A stretch of DNA of 64,000 nt from positions 4,712,001-4,776,000 of the forward strand of contig NC_045138.2 in the NCBI RefSeq assembly GCF_008831285.2, written 5' to 3'. The notes under the pieces were generated by a model. The model was not told the DNA's origin. It saw only the letters and a list, made by a program, of their open reading frames with translations, and searched no databases. Within the stretch, counting starts at the first letter, position 1. Each line of letters starts with the position of its first letter. The DNA comes from Nymphaea colorata (taxonomy: Eukaryota). Shown piece by piece: positions 35,468 through 48,541 of the stretch. A program made the translations under genes and the position numbers.

Positions 35468-38400
35468 GTTTTTAAACTTATATTTTTCTTGAACCAAAAT
35501 CTTTAGATTTCAAGAAGGCCAAGATCAATGTGCAACACCCATGATACTTATCATTGGGACCATACTTAGATGGCCTACAACCTCAAAACTTGTCAAAAAC
35601 TTTTTTTTTTTTTCAGATTTATGTTGTTAGGAATGGCATACTTTCTTTTCAACTATATAAAATTCTTTAACTTCTCATTTAACATGCATATTCACTATGT
35701 ACTTATAGGATTCACGAACGTCACAACTACTTCTCTAAAAACCCAAGCAAAACACTAAATAACGTGGTAACTGAATTAGGGGCGGGGCAAAATCTTGAGA
35801 TTAACTTGAGTTTCAAAAGAAGACACTAGCTATTAACTTTCGTTACTTGAGAAACGATCATTTCATTAAAGTGTTTTGATAAAATTTTAAGATCTTCTTT
35901 CAAAATTTGACTCCGTTTTTCCTTTTTAAATGCTTATTCCAAATCAAAATGATTCTTAATTAAGATCACTTCTTCTAAAATATCTTTCCAACCAGTTGAT
36001 CAAAAAAGATTATAGAACTCTTTTTCCCAAGGACTTAGATAACACTTGCTTATTTTTAAGGATTGGCTGTTTCATCATTTACTCGATTTATAAAACGTTA
36101 AATTTCTAAAAGACTTTAAACTTCTTAGCATGCACCGCAGCATATTTAAGTTGGGGATAACGCTTAATTGAACTTGAAAATACACTAAGAATGAACATAG
36201 CCTTTGACCTTGCTACCCCCGGTCCCTACAAGAATGATAACATATACTAAGTTACAGACAGCCTATTTGTAATTAGTCACCGTTTCTTTCTCTCACGCAT
36301 GCAGAGAGTTGCATTAGACAATGAACCTTCTTTAGTGCAAAACTAGCATTCGTTAGAGAAGCTTACAGAAGCCAACTTTTAACATCACAGCACCTTCCCT
36401 CCTTTTATTATCACGAAAAGAAAGTTGATTCAATGGGTCTGCACCCTCCACTATTCATCAGAGAAATATGGTACTCGTGAAACACTTTATATAAACTATA
36501 AGGATTTACATATATGTGCTTTCTGCTTTCAAGCTCGGCTGCTGTATCATAACATCTATTTTTAGGTCCAAGTGCCCAAGTTTAAGAGAGAACTTGGATC
36601 TTACTTAACTGAGAGTGAGTTTACACAAGATAGTAGTCAGAATGCAAACGGGTTGGAGTTGCAGCCAAAGTTTGGCAATATGTCCCTGTATCAACATGGA
36701 ATTAGCAGGGCTTTTATTTTTATAGATACTTATTCGCTTTCAAGTCAACTAGGACTCTGCTCACAATTAAGCAAAATGCTTGGTTAGTTAATCCTTGTGA
36801 TTATGCATATTTTTCCACATGAACGTCCTTTACTGCAACAAAAATAAAAAAAGGCTTGACATCAACAACAAAAAGTTAACAGTAAAGTAAGATTGCTGCT
36901 ATGTATTATCTACCATAAGCACCTTTTCGACCATGAGTTGCTTGTTTTGAATCTTTTGTTAGTGATGGACAAAAATCTAGTACAAAAATCAAGGTTTCAG
37001 ATAAACCAGGTTCAGTGTAGGTTCAAAAACATTGTTTTTTTATTTCACGCTTTTGATACCAACAAAGTAAAACAAAGAACACAAGAAAAAAGTCCTGCTT
37101 CTTTGGAAATGAGGGGCCAGGAAATGCTTGGAGTTGAAAAGAAAAGAGAACAGAAAAAAAATTATAACTTCCCAGTCACCCATCAGCTGCTGAGCTGGAA
37201 GAGGCCAACCCACATGGTGGGTCAAGCCAATTATCTTAAAAAAACAAAGAAACGCACATAATACCCAAAGACCGACCAAGCCAGTCAAGTGGGCATGAAT
37301 CATGGTCCAAAAAAATAGATGACCGACTTGTTGGTGACTATGTCAACTAGGTTGGCTTGTTACTAAGTTGGTAAAAAGGATTCAACTAACCATATATTTA
37401 GCATTTCATTTAGCATTCTTAAGAAGTTTTTCTATAAATATTGCATATCTAACACCAACTTGGGCCACTTGCAAGATAATTGATAACAAATTATTCAACC
37501 TACCGCAAGTGCAGTACGTTACTCCACACTTAGATCACCCAAGATTGCATAATCCACTGAAAGATAGTCCATCTCCTGTATATCCCACCATAACAACCTC
37601 AAGGTGTTGTATACAGCCTCCCCCCCTGGATGCACCATGTTATCTTCCCTAAAGACAGCTAACTTGTTCCTCATAATGATCCAACTGCAGCCAACCGCTT
37701 CTTTCAAACATCTCACCTTCATCATTCTTCTCAAACGAACCACACTTTCCCAGTGGCATTTCATTGCATATACTTGAGCCAATACAACATAGGGCAAAGA
37801 TTCCCGCGGCTCCAATGCAACCAAACTTTCTGCAACCTGTTGTGTGATTCCTATATCAGCATGTAGTCTGCAAGCTCGGAGAAGTAGCCCCCATATTAGA
37901 GCACTTGGCTCATATGGCATAGATTTGATAACTTCCATGGCCTGCTTTAGCCTTCCTGCTCTACTTAACATGTCCACCATGCAAGTGTAATGTTCAATAT
38001 CTGGCATAACACCATGCTCCACCTCCATGCATGAAAACAGTTGGCTTCCTTCATTAACTAGACCACCATTACTACAAGCCAAAAGAACAGCAAAGAAGGT
38101 GATTTTGTCAGGTAGTACGTTTTTTGAACACATTTCCTTCAGTAGCTGCAAAGCCATGCTTGCTTCACCATTTCGAGAACATCCCATAATCATGGTGTTC
38201 CATGAGACCAAGTCCCTAGAATGCATATTAGCAAAAACTTTCATAGCACAATCAATGTTTCCTGTCTTGGCATACATGTCCATTAAAGAGTTGGAGACTA
38301 CAAAATCTGCTTCAAAGCCAACTTTCAGTGCCAAAGAGTGCAACTGCCTACCTTGCTCAATGGAGACGATACATGCAGCACAACCCAAAACACTACCAAA

Positions 38401-38938
38401 AGTAAATTCTGTTGGCTTGTTATTCTCCCTCATGGCATATGTAAAAAATGACAATGCATCCTCTACAAAGCCAAGCCTTGCAACACTTGAAATGATGGAA
38501 TTAAAAATAGCTATATCTCTTTGAGGCATTTCCTCAAATAATTGAATAGAATCCTCCAATCTATTGAATTTGGCAAACATGTCAATAATCGAGCTACATA
38601 CAACAGAATTGGAGAGAAAACCTGTCTTTATGCAGACCCCAAAAATCTCATTTCCCGCTATTGTATCTAGTAAATTTGCACATGCAACAACCATGGTAGA
38701 AATAGTAAATTGGTCATGAATGAACCCAATGGCTCTCATCCTCTGATAAAGGGTCAACGCTTGCTCAGGTTTTCCTGATCTAACACAGGCATACATAATG
38801 GCATTCCAGGACACTACATCCCATTTTTCCATACCATAAAACAAATGAAATGCATAGCTGACATTACTAAACCTACCATACATACAAATAAGGGCATTGT
38901 TAAGTATAAGATTATCGTGGAGACAGTTCCTCAAAATG
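32702..38938 (+). repeat. Segmental duplication, copy B (paralogue at 4800-16590)
   Basis: Same matching blocks as copy A. Lacks the equivalent of about 10150-14000 and overlaps the intact PPR gene. Confidence 0.9.
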
Positions 38939-39812
38939 TTAGCATGAACCTGCTTACCATGCCAGATATTTGAAACCCCCACTGAAATGATGATTGAGAA
39001 TGTGAACCCTGTTGGTCTAATTCTTCTTTCCCACATCTCCGTAATCAATGTTAAGGCAGCTCCATGTTCTCCCTGCATAAAAAACCCAGAAAGTAACGAA
39101 TTCCAGCTGACAACATCCTGTTGAGGCATTTCACCAAACACTTTCTGGGCACTCTCAACTTCACCATTTCGAACCAACCCACCTAACAAAATGTTCCAAG
39201 AAAATATATTCCATTTAGGTGTGTCATTAATTGCTTTGAATCCATCATCAGACTCACCAAGACTGTAGTACAAAGACGAAATCTGATTGCCAAAAAAGGT
39301 TGCAGTACTGAGACCCAACCTAATCAACCTTGAGTGAACTGATTGTGCAAAAGCTAGACAATTACTGGAGATAGATTGGTTGAGGAGACTGACACAATTT
39401 TGAATAATGTCTTCCCTGTCAATAGGAAAGCAAAAACCATGAGTGATTTGACATGAAGGACAGAAGGGTAGTCATAAAACTTAAAGTTGGCAGGTAGAAT
39501 AGATTATCGAGGATCAGAAATAACTATGCACAACGGAGGATTTAATATGCATAAATAAATCTACCAGAAGTATATAACCATCTGTGACAATGTAGACATA
39601 TACAAACCACGCATATAACATGTATTGGATATAATTTCGTAAAATGCAACAGATATAACCTATAGCAAACAAATAATTCACCACATGAATAAAACGTGTA
39701 ACAAGCAATAAATATGTCACCTGTAGTGCCAGAACGAACCTGTAGTAGATGATTCTTTTTGTTGCAGCTTTTGTCTCTTTGATGGGAAAAAGATACAAAC
39801 TTCCATTGACAT
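37519..39812 (-). CDS. PLS-class PPR protein, E/E+ subgroup without DYW (resembles At1g43980-type); proposed exons 39812-39721 and 39415-37519, about 662 aa
   Basis: Long ORF of P/L/S motifs (DVVSWN repeats, PDIEHYTCMVDMLSRAG), E domain ending EAVGCSWI, short E+ tail. The ORF lacks its own ATG; acceptor attgacag| at 39416 joins in frame to an upstream ATG exon (MSMEVCIF...FWHYR|gtgac). The upstream exon is inferred. Confidence 0.9.
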
Positions 39813-41204
39813 CTGAATATTAAGAACATAAATAAGAAGTTATATAACAAATTGGATACCAAACAGCATTCTTCAAGCACAAATAAACACATATAAACAT
39901 GAAGAAACTCAAAGAATGTGAACGAATAAGAAGCATCGCCTAGTTCATTGTGCCATACAATGTTTTTTAGTTTCTCATTTGAAGGCAGCGTAGTACTCTG
40001 AGGCAAATACCCTGCCGCTGCCGGCTACTGGCCAGAGACAGGGGTCTGAGACCCCTCAGTGCCAACTGTGCCCTTCAATTAGAACAAATACAATACATAA
40101 AGTAGACTTCAAAAATAAGCAATTAAGCAAACAAAAAACACTCACTCTTCCTCAAGCAAGGTAACCCACTTGAGACCATAGAACACTGGATATGGCAAGT
40201 TCTCCAATTGCCTGCATAGGTAGGCACCAACCATAGATAGACGTGAACAAAAGGCGTAAGCCTCTTAATCCTCAGAAGTCAAAACTAGCCACCGTTTTTG
40301 CCAAAGAGAGAGAGAAAGAGAGAGCGTTGTGGCAGCTCTCGAAGGGCAACGTTGTCGCCCGGTCTCTAGCCGGCTTACCCCCATCATGCCGTCGGCAGGG
40401 CAGCTAGAGCATCTGGCTTCCAGAACTCGCCCCTGATGGCAGTTTGGCGGGACACCAAACAAAACCTCTGTCGGTCGTCTTCGAGTTTGGGAGGAGATCG
40501 GTCGAATTGGGGGACCGGCTGGGGCTTGGTTAGTAAGCACGCACCGAGACTCCAAATTACTTAAATCCTTCGGAAATTACTTAAATTTTGATCACGGGAG
40601 AGAGCGTTGCATGGGTTTTCCCATTCCTCGGCAACATGTTTTTTTTTCGTGAACATATACTAATATATATTCTTTTTCATGCAACTTCACTGCTTTTATT
40701 TAGATTTTAGTCATTATTTTTTCTTATTTGAAATGTCTATTCTTAACAAACTATTTGGCAATGGGACCAAGTTGTAACTGTTTTATAAATATGCTTTAAA
40801 GAATGAGGGAGGTTAAAGTCCTTTTTATAAATATTCTCCAATTTTTAGCACATATTGTCAAACAATAAAGTCATTCATTTTATTGCTATTATGTCTATGC
40901 AATTAACTAGCGCTTAATTGCTTGATGTTTTGAAATTCATAATATTGTTTCACTATATTATTTTATTTGATCGGAGCAATTAAAATAGGTGTTGCATGTT
41001 GTTCATTCAGCTTTGGAGTTCTTTCATGCTAATATTGATTTGCATGTGTTTGAAAAATGTGGTTTGAATTTACGTACAGTTTTGTTATATAGAAAATCGC
41101 CGCAAAGACTTCTCCAGTTTTCGTGTCACAAAACTTGGAACCAGAAAAACTTGCAACCAGTACATTGGAATTGTTGAAAGGTTTAGACTAATCAGACACA
41201 ATCT

Positions 41205-41633
41205 TCATCTATAAGACAACATATTGGCTTTGCAGCTTCTCAATTTCTTCTCAAACTTGCTCGCTAGTTCTCTTGAGTGCCGCTCTTCAAATGTTGGCCG
41301 TGTAAATAACAGCAGATCCAAGCTTCTCCTATTCCACCCAAGAATGGTTATTAACTTTGCTGTCTTTGCCTCACTAACATTGAAAGATATGATCACAAAC
41401 TTACTGCTATTAATTTTCAGACCTTACATACCTTCCATTGCTTCAAGAAATCCCTTCTTTCCTTTTATTGCCTTCATTGTGGCCAAGCTAAACAACATAA
41501 CATTGTCTGCATAGAGAATGGCTCCCATCACCTCTTGGCTAGCACCCATTATAGAAAGAGAAATCAGATATATTTTCATACACTCTATCATGTAACAGAC
41601 CTCCATCAATAATAAGAATAAGGGGACACTGGG
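41205..41633 (-). mobile_element. Degenerate L1 LINE reverse-transcriptase fragment
   Basis: PVSPY (cf. DPLSPYLF), ILYADNVMLF (YADD motif), GLKIN, and ASKFEKKLRSCKANMLS; contains stops and frameshifts. Confidence 0.7.
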
Positions 41634-43668
41634 TGTTACAACCTAACTTTTTCAAGCCTTATTTGGCCCGCACAGCGTCAAGAGTTTGCACAAGTCTTTG
41701 CTAAGCCTTTGCTCAATTTTAATGTAGCTGAAGCATTCATCAATCTTTTAGGACTCTGAACTAGACGATGAGTGATAGGCACTCGGCAAACCATCACCTA
41801 AGATTATCTTACAGTAGGTCATCAGCAACCTGCGGCTATGAAGTCATGTCAGAACCTCGTCATTCCTTCAAGTACCTATCTACCTCCATATAAAATCTGA
41901 GTAGAAAGACTTCTCTTAGGAGAAAGTCCCCAGCCAATTGCCGACTATATGTCATTAAGTAAGGCAACCGACCATCGCCCTACTCGACGACGAGCTTTCA
42001 CTTGCTCGCCCTCACGTGACTCTACGAAATTATAGACACAGCATCTGTGTCTACCAGGGGAATTAGCATTAACCCACGCATACCCCTATGTGCAACCAAA
42101 CACTACGCATAGAAAGCTTACTGACAAACCTGCACCTTTCGAAGGAACGGATGACCATGATGCACTTATATGATTTATCTTTGCACCATTGCAATGCGCA
42201 TTCCAAGTGCATTACTTTATGTTTGACTCAGCATCTGATTGAATCCCACTAGATTTCCAAACAATGTCCAAGCTGGCTAAGCATTATTCCATACTGCTGG
42301 TTTGGTTGAGCCAGACATAGTCCGTAAGATTCTCCCACTACCAAATTGTCGATGTCCTCAACGACCTGCTCTGGGCAAGAGAAATCTACAACCATCCCCT
42401 TCATTTCCTTCAATTGAGCCAACATATGTCTGATGGACACACCTGCCACGTCTTAGCTACCTGCTTTATTGGGTGTATCACCTCTAGTCCAACTTTGATT
42501 CTTCCCATTTTTATGTTACTTTTATCACTTTACCTTAGTAAAGTCACATATCTGACGACCACTAAATATTAAATTTTCGAGATCCTCCTTGACCTTCTGT
42601 TTCTGACACCTAGATACCATCTTCGGAATGTGTGATCTTTATTTGGTCAACACCAGTTGGGTCACTTGAACCAGTGTCCGACAAACATACCCAAACTATA
42701 GGGCACCAACAGGCGAACATTTTTCAGAACAACTTGTTGATTGTATCTTTGCATCATTCTCATCTTTCAAGTTCTTCTCAAGATATGATTCGGCTTTAGT
42801 ATCACTTTGTCATGGGTCGAATTTTTCAAGCCTTATTTGGCTCGACAGTGTCAAGGGTTTCCACAAGCCTTCGACCAGCTTTTGCTCAATCTTAATGTAG
42901 TGGCGACATTCATCAATATTTTGGGACTATGGACTAAACGATGAGTGCTAGCACGCGAAGGACCATCACCAAAGATTATCTTACAGTAAGTCATCGACAA
43001 GTCGTGGCCATGAGGTCCTATCAGCTTCAAGTACCTATCTACCTCCATACGAAATCTGGATGGGAAAGATTTTCCTTTCGAGAAAATCCCCAGCTAAAGC
43101 CAGTTGCTAACTATATATTATTAAGCAAGACGGCCGACCATTGCCCTACTCGACGATAAGCTTTCAGTTGTTTGTCCTTGCATGACTCTACGAGGTTGTG
43201 GACGCAGCATATGCATCCACCAAGGAAATTAGCCCTAATCCATGCGTACCCCTGTGCACAACCAAACACTACGTGTGGGAAGCTTACCAACAGATTTGCA
43301 CATTTTGAAAGGGCCAACAACCATGGTGCATTTATATGTTTCATCTTTGCACCACCGTGCTGTATATTCCAAGTTTCTTGCTTTCTGTTTGACTAAGGAT
43401 ACAATTGGATCCCACTTGCTTAATGCCCAAGCTTGCCAAACAACATCTCATATTGATGGCTTGGCGGGACCAGACGTAGTCAGTCCGCAACATTGGTCTC
43501 CTTGTCTTAAAAACCTTCGATTCTTAAAAACTTTGTTTATTGACATCACACAACATGACTAACTCCACCCAACTTATACTCGACACCTGTCCTAACATTC
43601 CTTGCTCCAAGAAGCACTAGGATACCCGAGCATATGCCATTGATATGTCAAGCTTCAGGAGCATGACA
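41634..43668 (-). mobile_element. Decayed, internally deleted LTR retrotransposon; 5' LTR about 43668-42808, partial 3' LTR about 42250-41634
   Basis: Diverged direct repeats 41634-42250 and 42808-43416. 42808-43668 is bounded by TGTCATG...CATGACA. On the minus strand the LTR is followed by AAGTGATACTAAAGCC, a degenerate tRNA-Met PBS (TGGTATCAGAGC). No TSD found. Confidence 0.7.
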
Positions 43669-45647
43669 CCCAATTGAATCGAACTAACGATCAAAATTGC
43701 CAATACTTTCACTAGCAGTTATGTTATGCCCGTTGGAGTTAATTTTTGAGAATATTGACACATTTGTCTAATATGGGACATTGACGTACTTATGCCTAAC
43801 TATAAAGCTATTTCCAAATTCAATCTCTTGCCTAACATTTCAAAGTGATATTATATGCATCAGCAAAATCTGATTTTAAGAGTGACAAAAAGGGTGGAAT
43901 TGTTTTGGAAGTGCAAACACGGGGGATGAATTTGATAATAGCAATAAAAAGGGATGGATTTGTCAATGGCCCATAACTAAAGAAATGAAATTGAGAACGC
44001 TCTTTTAAGTAATTCCACAACCATACCCACACCTCCTTCGCAAATGACCATAAGACAATGGCCACAGTGATCTAAAGAAATCAAGAAAAGAAGGTTTATA
44101 CACATGATTTTGCCTTATACACATGACCTAGGAATGACCAGTGAAGCCCGTAAAAGGTGTTAGAATTGTTGGCAGTTAAAAGAGAGAGTAGGTCTTGAGA
44201 ACACAAATTACACAAACTTTCTTTTTCCTTTCGCTCTCATTGTCATATATCTTTTGCAAGCCTAATTGTGTGTCGTCATTTAACATTTAAATAAAAGAAA
44301 CCCCCTCCCTTCACTCTCGGAGGTCAAGGGTTGCTTCGGGACTTTGGTGGATTCACAATATACTCTTCAATTCGAGTGTCACACATGCCACCATTTGCAG
44401 ACCAAAAAAATAGCACTCAATTTTTCTTCTATTTTTTTTTCTTTGTCTGTCGTTTCCCAGTGATCACAAGTGCACTATGTTCTCATCCTATTCACCACAA
44501 CACCCCAACTGAATGGAAACATTCAGGTCATAATCTGACCACATAGCTTAACTTGAGATGGGAGTATCAGCTATGGTGGACACCTGAAAATTTGAGAGAC
44601 TGCTCCCACAAAATAGAGCCAAGCACAGCCTGGTTAGCATTCGGGCTTGACCTGGCTACAGAAGAGCGATCAGCTCGGTCTAGCCACCGATCATACTTGG
44701 TCCAAGAGTTTATCTTACACTTGAGCCCTATTCAGGTTGTGAGGTCCTGATTTTCAATTGAAACATAAATTGGCACTACGCCATGCCATTTCGGTGTATT
44801 GCAAACGGGTAGAGGGTCATTGACATTTGCTTCCTTTTATCCCATCGAGGGAAGCCGTTGAGAGAAAAATGACACACTTCCTGATAGATCTTCTAATATC
44901 CAGCAGCGGAGCTATTGTGTGACTGGTGTGAGCCACTGCCCACGCCAGCCCCTGAAATCATGTATTGTGGACTAAGCTGGACCTATGTTCAGGTAGGTCC
45001 AGCCACATATGGTGCCCATACTAGATCTAAGTCAGTACCTTACAAGCACTCGTACTCTTAAACGAGAGATCGGTTAGTGCCCTTCAGCCAAAAATTTTTT
45101 GTCTCTATCGCTGCCAATATCCCGATTTTTATGGCAATGAATATGGACATTGGCAGTGCCATATGCGCCAAAAATGTCTTGCGGCTATATGTGGAAAGCT
45201 GGATTGATCTCCATTGAAGGGCGTTGGCATCCAGTGCAGGCCTCTGGCCCTCTGCATTTCAAACGGGAATAAAAACTCGGCTGTGAAGTTGTGGCTCAGG
45301 ACCCTTCTTTGTGTACCTGCCGCCTACCACACCAGTTGGGGAAAAAGTGAAAGGTATTTTATTGGCTTTTCATATTCGTTACATTAATGTTAGATGTAGT
45401 GACATTTCACAACATTTTTTAGAAAATAAAAAAAAAAGTTAAAATATGCTATAATTTTTTCTTATGATTTTTTTATATATATAATAAGATTCACGATTAA
45501 GATGTGAAAGTAGCATTTAGTAGCATATTTCTAGCATGTCTTTGGCTGAGTGGGAGAATCATTTCTTCAACTTAGTACAGCTCTTACCTCATTAACCCAA
45601 GAACATAACACTCATAGGGATCAAACTAATGAACACGTTCTCATCGA

Positions 45648-45797
45648 CACGGAGTGAAGACACCAATTTTTTATGAGGAGGGCCGAATCATAATTTCAAA
45701 ATTTTAACTCAGGCAAAATATATTTTTTCTCAATTTTGTATAGGATAAATGTTTTTTTTAATTTACATGTAAATTTTTGTCCCCATCTCTAACCCTG
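45648..45797. mobile_element. Short hAT-type MITE (same family as 57103 and 57705)
   Basis: 8-bp TSD ctcatcga/ctcatcgg, CA...TG ends, internal tttttatgagg...aaattttaact core shared with 57103-57265. Confidence 0.6.
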
Positions 45798-46730
45798 CTC
45801 ATCGGCTTGCGAGTCTAACCAGCAATATTATGTCCCTTGGTACTCAGCTTGCGAGTCTAACCAGCAATGCTATGTCCCTTAGTACTATATTTTCTAGAAT
45901 GTCGGCAAATTTATAAAATGTGGGCAGTCCTACCAATAAAACCATTCACAAGTTCCATCTCTCACTTAAGTGATTTTTAGACGCGTTTGTCAGCAAAAGG
46001 AATTTTAAATGCAACGAAGAAGGTGGAATTGTTCTAGGGGATGAATTTTGATAATGGGTTATTAAAAAAAGGGATGGATTCATCAGTTGGCCATAAGAAA
46101 TGAAATTGAAGAAGGCCCTTTAAGTATTTCAACGACCACACACCTCCTTTACACGTGATAAGAGAAGACAAGGGCCACGCTATCCAAAGAAATCAAGAAA
46201 AATGAAGCTTACACACATGACTTTGCCTCTGGATCACAAGTCATGGTGGGGACTCCTGAGATCAAACACGATCGGAGAGGACCCACTTCAGACAAGGACC
46301 AGGGACCTAATTCAAACCATGTGCCCACGCTTTCACACTTGGCCGGCCGCAATCTCCGATCGTATCCTTGAGATTTATGGTCGCAAACAGAGACAAGTCG
46401 CGAACAGCTAAATACATTGGAGGTCGGGTCAGAATCGAACATGATGTCAATAGAAGATGACAAAAGCCTCGAACCAGATCAAACCAATTCGCGACGCCTG
46501 CTTGAATTCCCGCCGCATAAACAAACTTGTAAATTAGCCGCTAATTGATCTACAGAATGAAAAAGACATCACACCGTTCTCTTCTTCAAAAGAATGGCAT
46601 GATATTTCCACAGTATAAATTTCTTTTCTTCAAAAATTGCAAGCCACTAACGGAGGGGGTGTTTGATGAAGGATGAATTGTGAGATTCTAGAATTAAGAT
46701 TCTCATTCTTTATGAAATGAGAATTGTGTT

Positions 46731-46963
46731 ATCAAACAAAGAATTTTGATTCTTGAATTGTAAGCTCATTCTTGAATCAAAAATTCCAAAATGGTAAATC
46801 TTCTCTCAGGGGTAGAATTATGATTTTAGAATTTTAGAATTTTTTTCATCTCAATTCTAAAATTCTAAAATCATAATTCTACCCCTGAGAGAAGATTTAC
46901 CATTTTGGAATTTTTGATTCAAGAATGAGCTTACAATTCAAGAATCAAAATTCTTTGTTTGAT
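46731..46963. repeat. Near-perfect palindrome: 111-bp arms, 11-bp spacer
   Basis: 46731-46841 is the reverse complement of 46853-46963 except for two homopolymer-length differences. It sits within a Tourist-like region (gggggtgtttg at 46655 ... caaacaccctc at 47186). Confidence 0.93.
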
Positions 46964-48541
46964 CTTTCCCTTTACAACACGGGTCATGATGGTTTTAGTT
47001 CATCAATTTGAAAATTTTTTAGTTCATGTTTCATCAAATCATCATTTTCAATTTCTGGAATCGAAATTTCAGACTAACACAAAGGAAAATTAGAACTGAA
47101 ATTTTCATTCTAATTCATTTAGAGTTGTAATTTTGTTTATAAAATCAAATTTCTAAAATCGAGATTCAAGACCTCCAAACACCCTCGAGACACATTCTCG
47201 TCATTGTATGCGTCACTGAACCAAAGGTCTGCCAAAGAAGCAGGTTTGAAAAGGCTTAAAATAAAATGCAATTTATTAGGCAGAGTTCTTTCACAATTCT
47301 GCTAGTTTTAGGCTCTTCAAATTCCCTAAACCAACAAGAATGGGCAAGAAGAGTTTTGAAGCCAACAGTTAAGTGCCTCTTGCCATCAATTCAGAACTCA
47401 GAGTACCCATTATCAGGTGAGAATGCTTCAAAGATTTTACCCACTGAAGACAGTAACGCAGAGTCTGATGAAAGGGTTTCCTTTTTCACTAGCTAAAAAG
47501 AATTAATCTAAAGGAAGCTCTAGAGAGCAGAAGATAAATGTTAGTCTTTAATCATGTTCAAAAAAATGGTTGTTTTGGAGTTGAATCTGCCATCTCTCAG
47601 TTATAGAACTGTGAGTATTTGTTATTGCTATGTGGTGAAATGACTCCTCCAGATTGAAGCTTAGAAGCCAAAAGTGGTAGGCAGGCCTAGGCGATAAACA
47701 TTCAGAGATACCAGACGGGTCTTAGATGAGCACCCAAGCAGGGCCTAAACAAGAAGAAACAGTAAATGAAAGAAAGAAAGAAAGACAAGAGGAAAGAAGA
47801 ACAAGTAGGAAAGAGGGAAACAACAAAAGAAAAAAAAAAAAAAGAAAAAGTAGAGGGGAAAAGGATTTAAAACAACTCTTTTCTTGACTTGGACGTCAAG
47901 GTGCCCAGCTTAGTCGAAAAGGAGGGCACCTAAGCATGTTTAGACTATCAAGGGTTGAAGAAACATGCAACGCAGTTTCTTTTTCCCCTTCCAACAAGTT
48001 GAAGGAAAACCAGACATGAACCCTCTTGAGAGGATAGATTCTTCGGATGGCTTACAGACCTCTGGCTTTTACGTTTACAGCTTCAGATTAGGCAGAAAAA
48101 AGCAGCACATGTAAACCGAACTATGATAGTCACACCCATCCCACTATGCCAACCCATTTGATTCTACAGCAAGAGTCTACCAGCTTATTAACAGATCATG
48201 TTTAAGTCCCGATAAATTAAATATAAATATGAGATTAAGCATCACTCGGAATTTGATATACACAAAGAAAGTCATATATGATTGAAATGTAAAGAGGTAC
48301 ATAAAGGTTGCAATCCATGTTATCAGTTGAAACAAATGACAAGAAAAAACAAGAAAAGGAAAAGGCTCTCCGGGGAACTTAAAACTCTGCTCTTTCATTT
48401 CTTATATGCTACAGATCTTGCTTTACAAAGAGAGGAAAAGTGAGGAAGTTTTATGTATATAAGTAGATTGGTGGCAAATTATCTTACCAAACTATACCAT
48501 TCATGAGAAGAACGGAAAAGAAAAGAAGACCCTTCAGCGGC

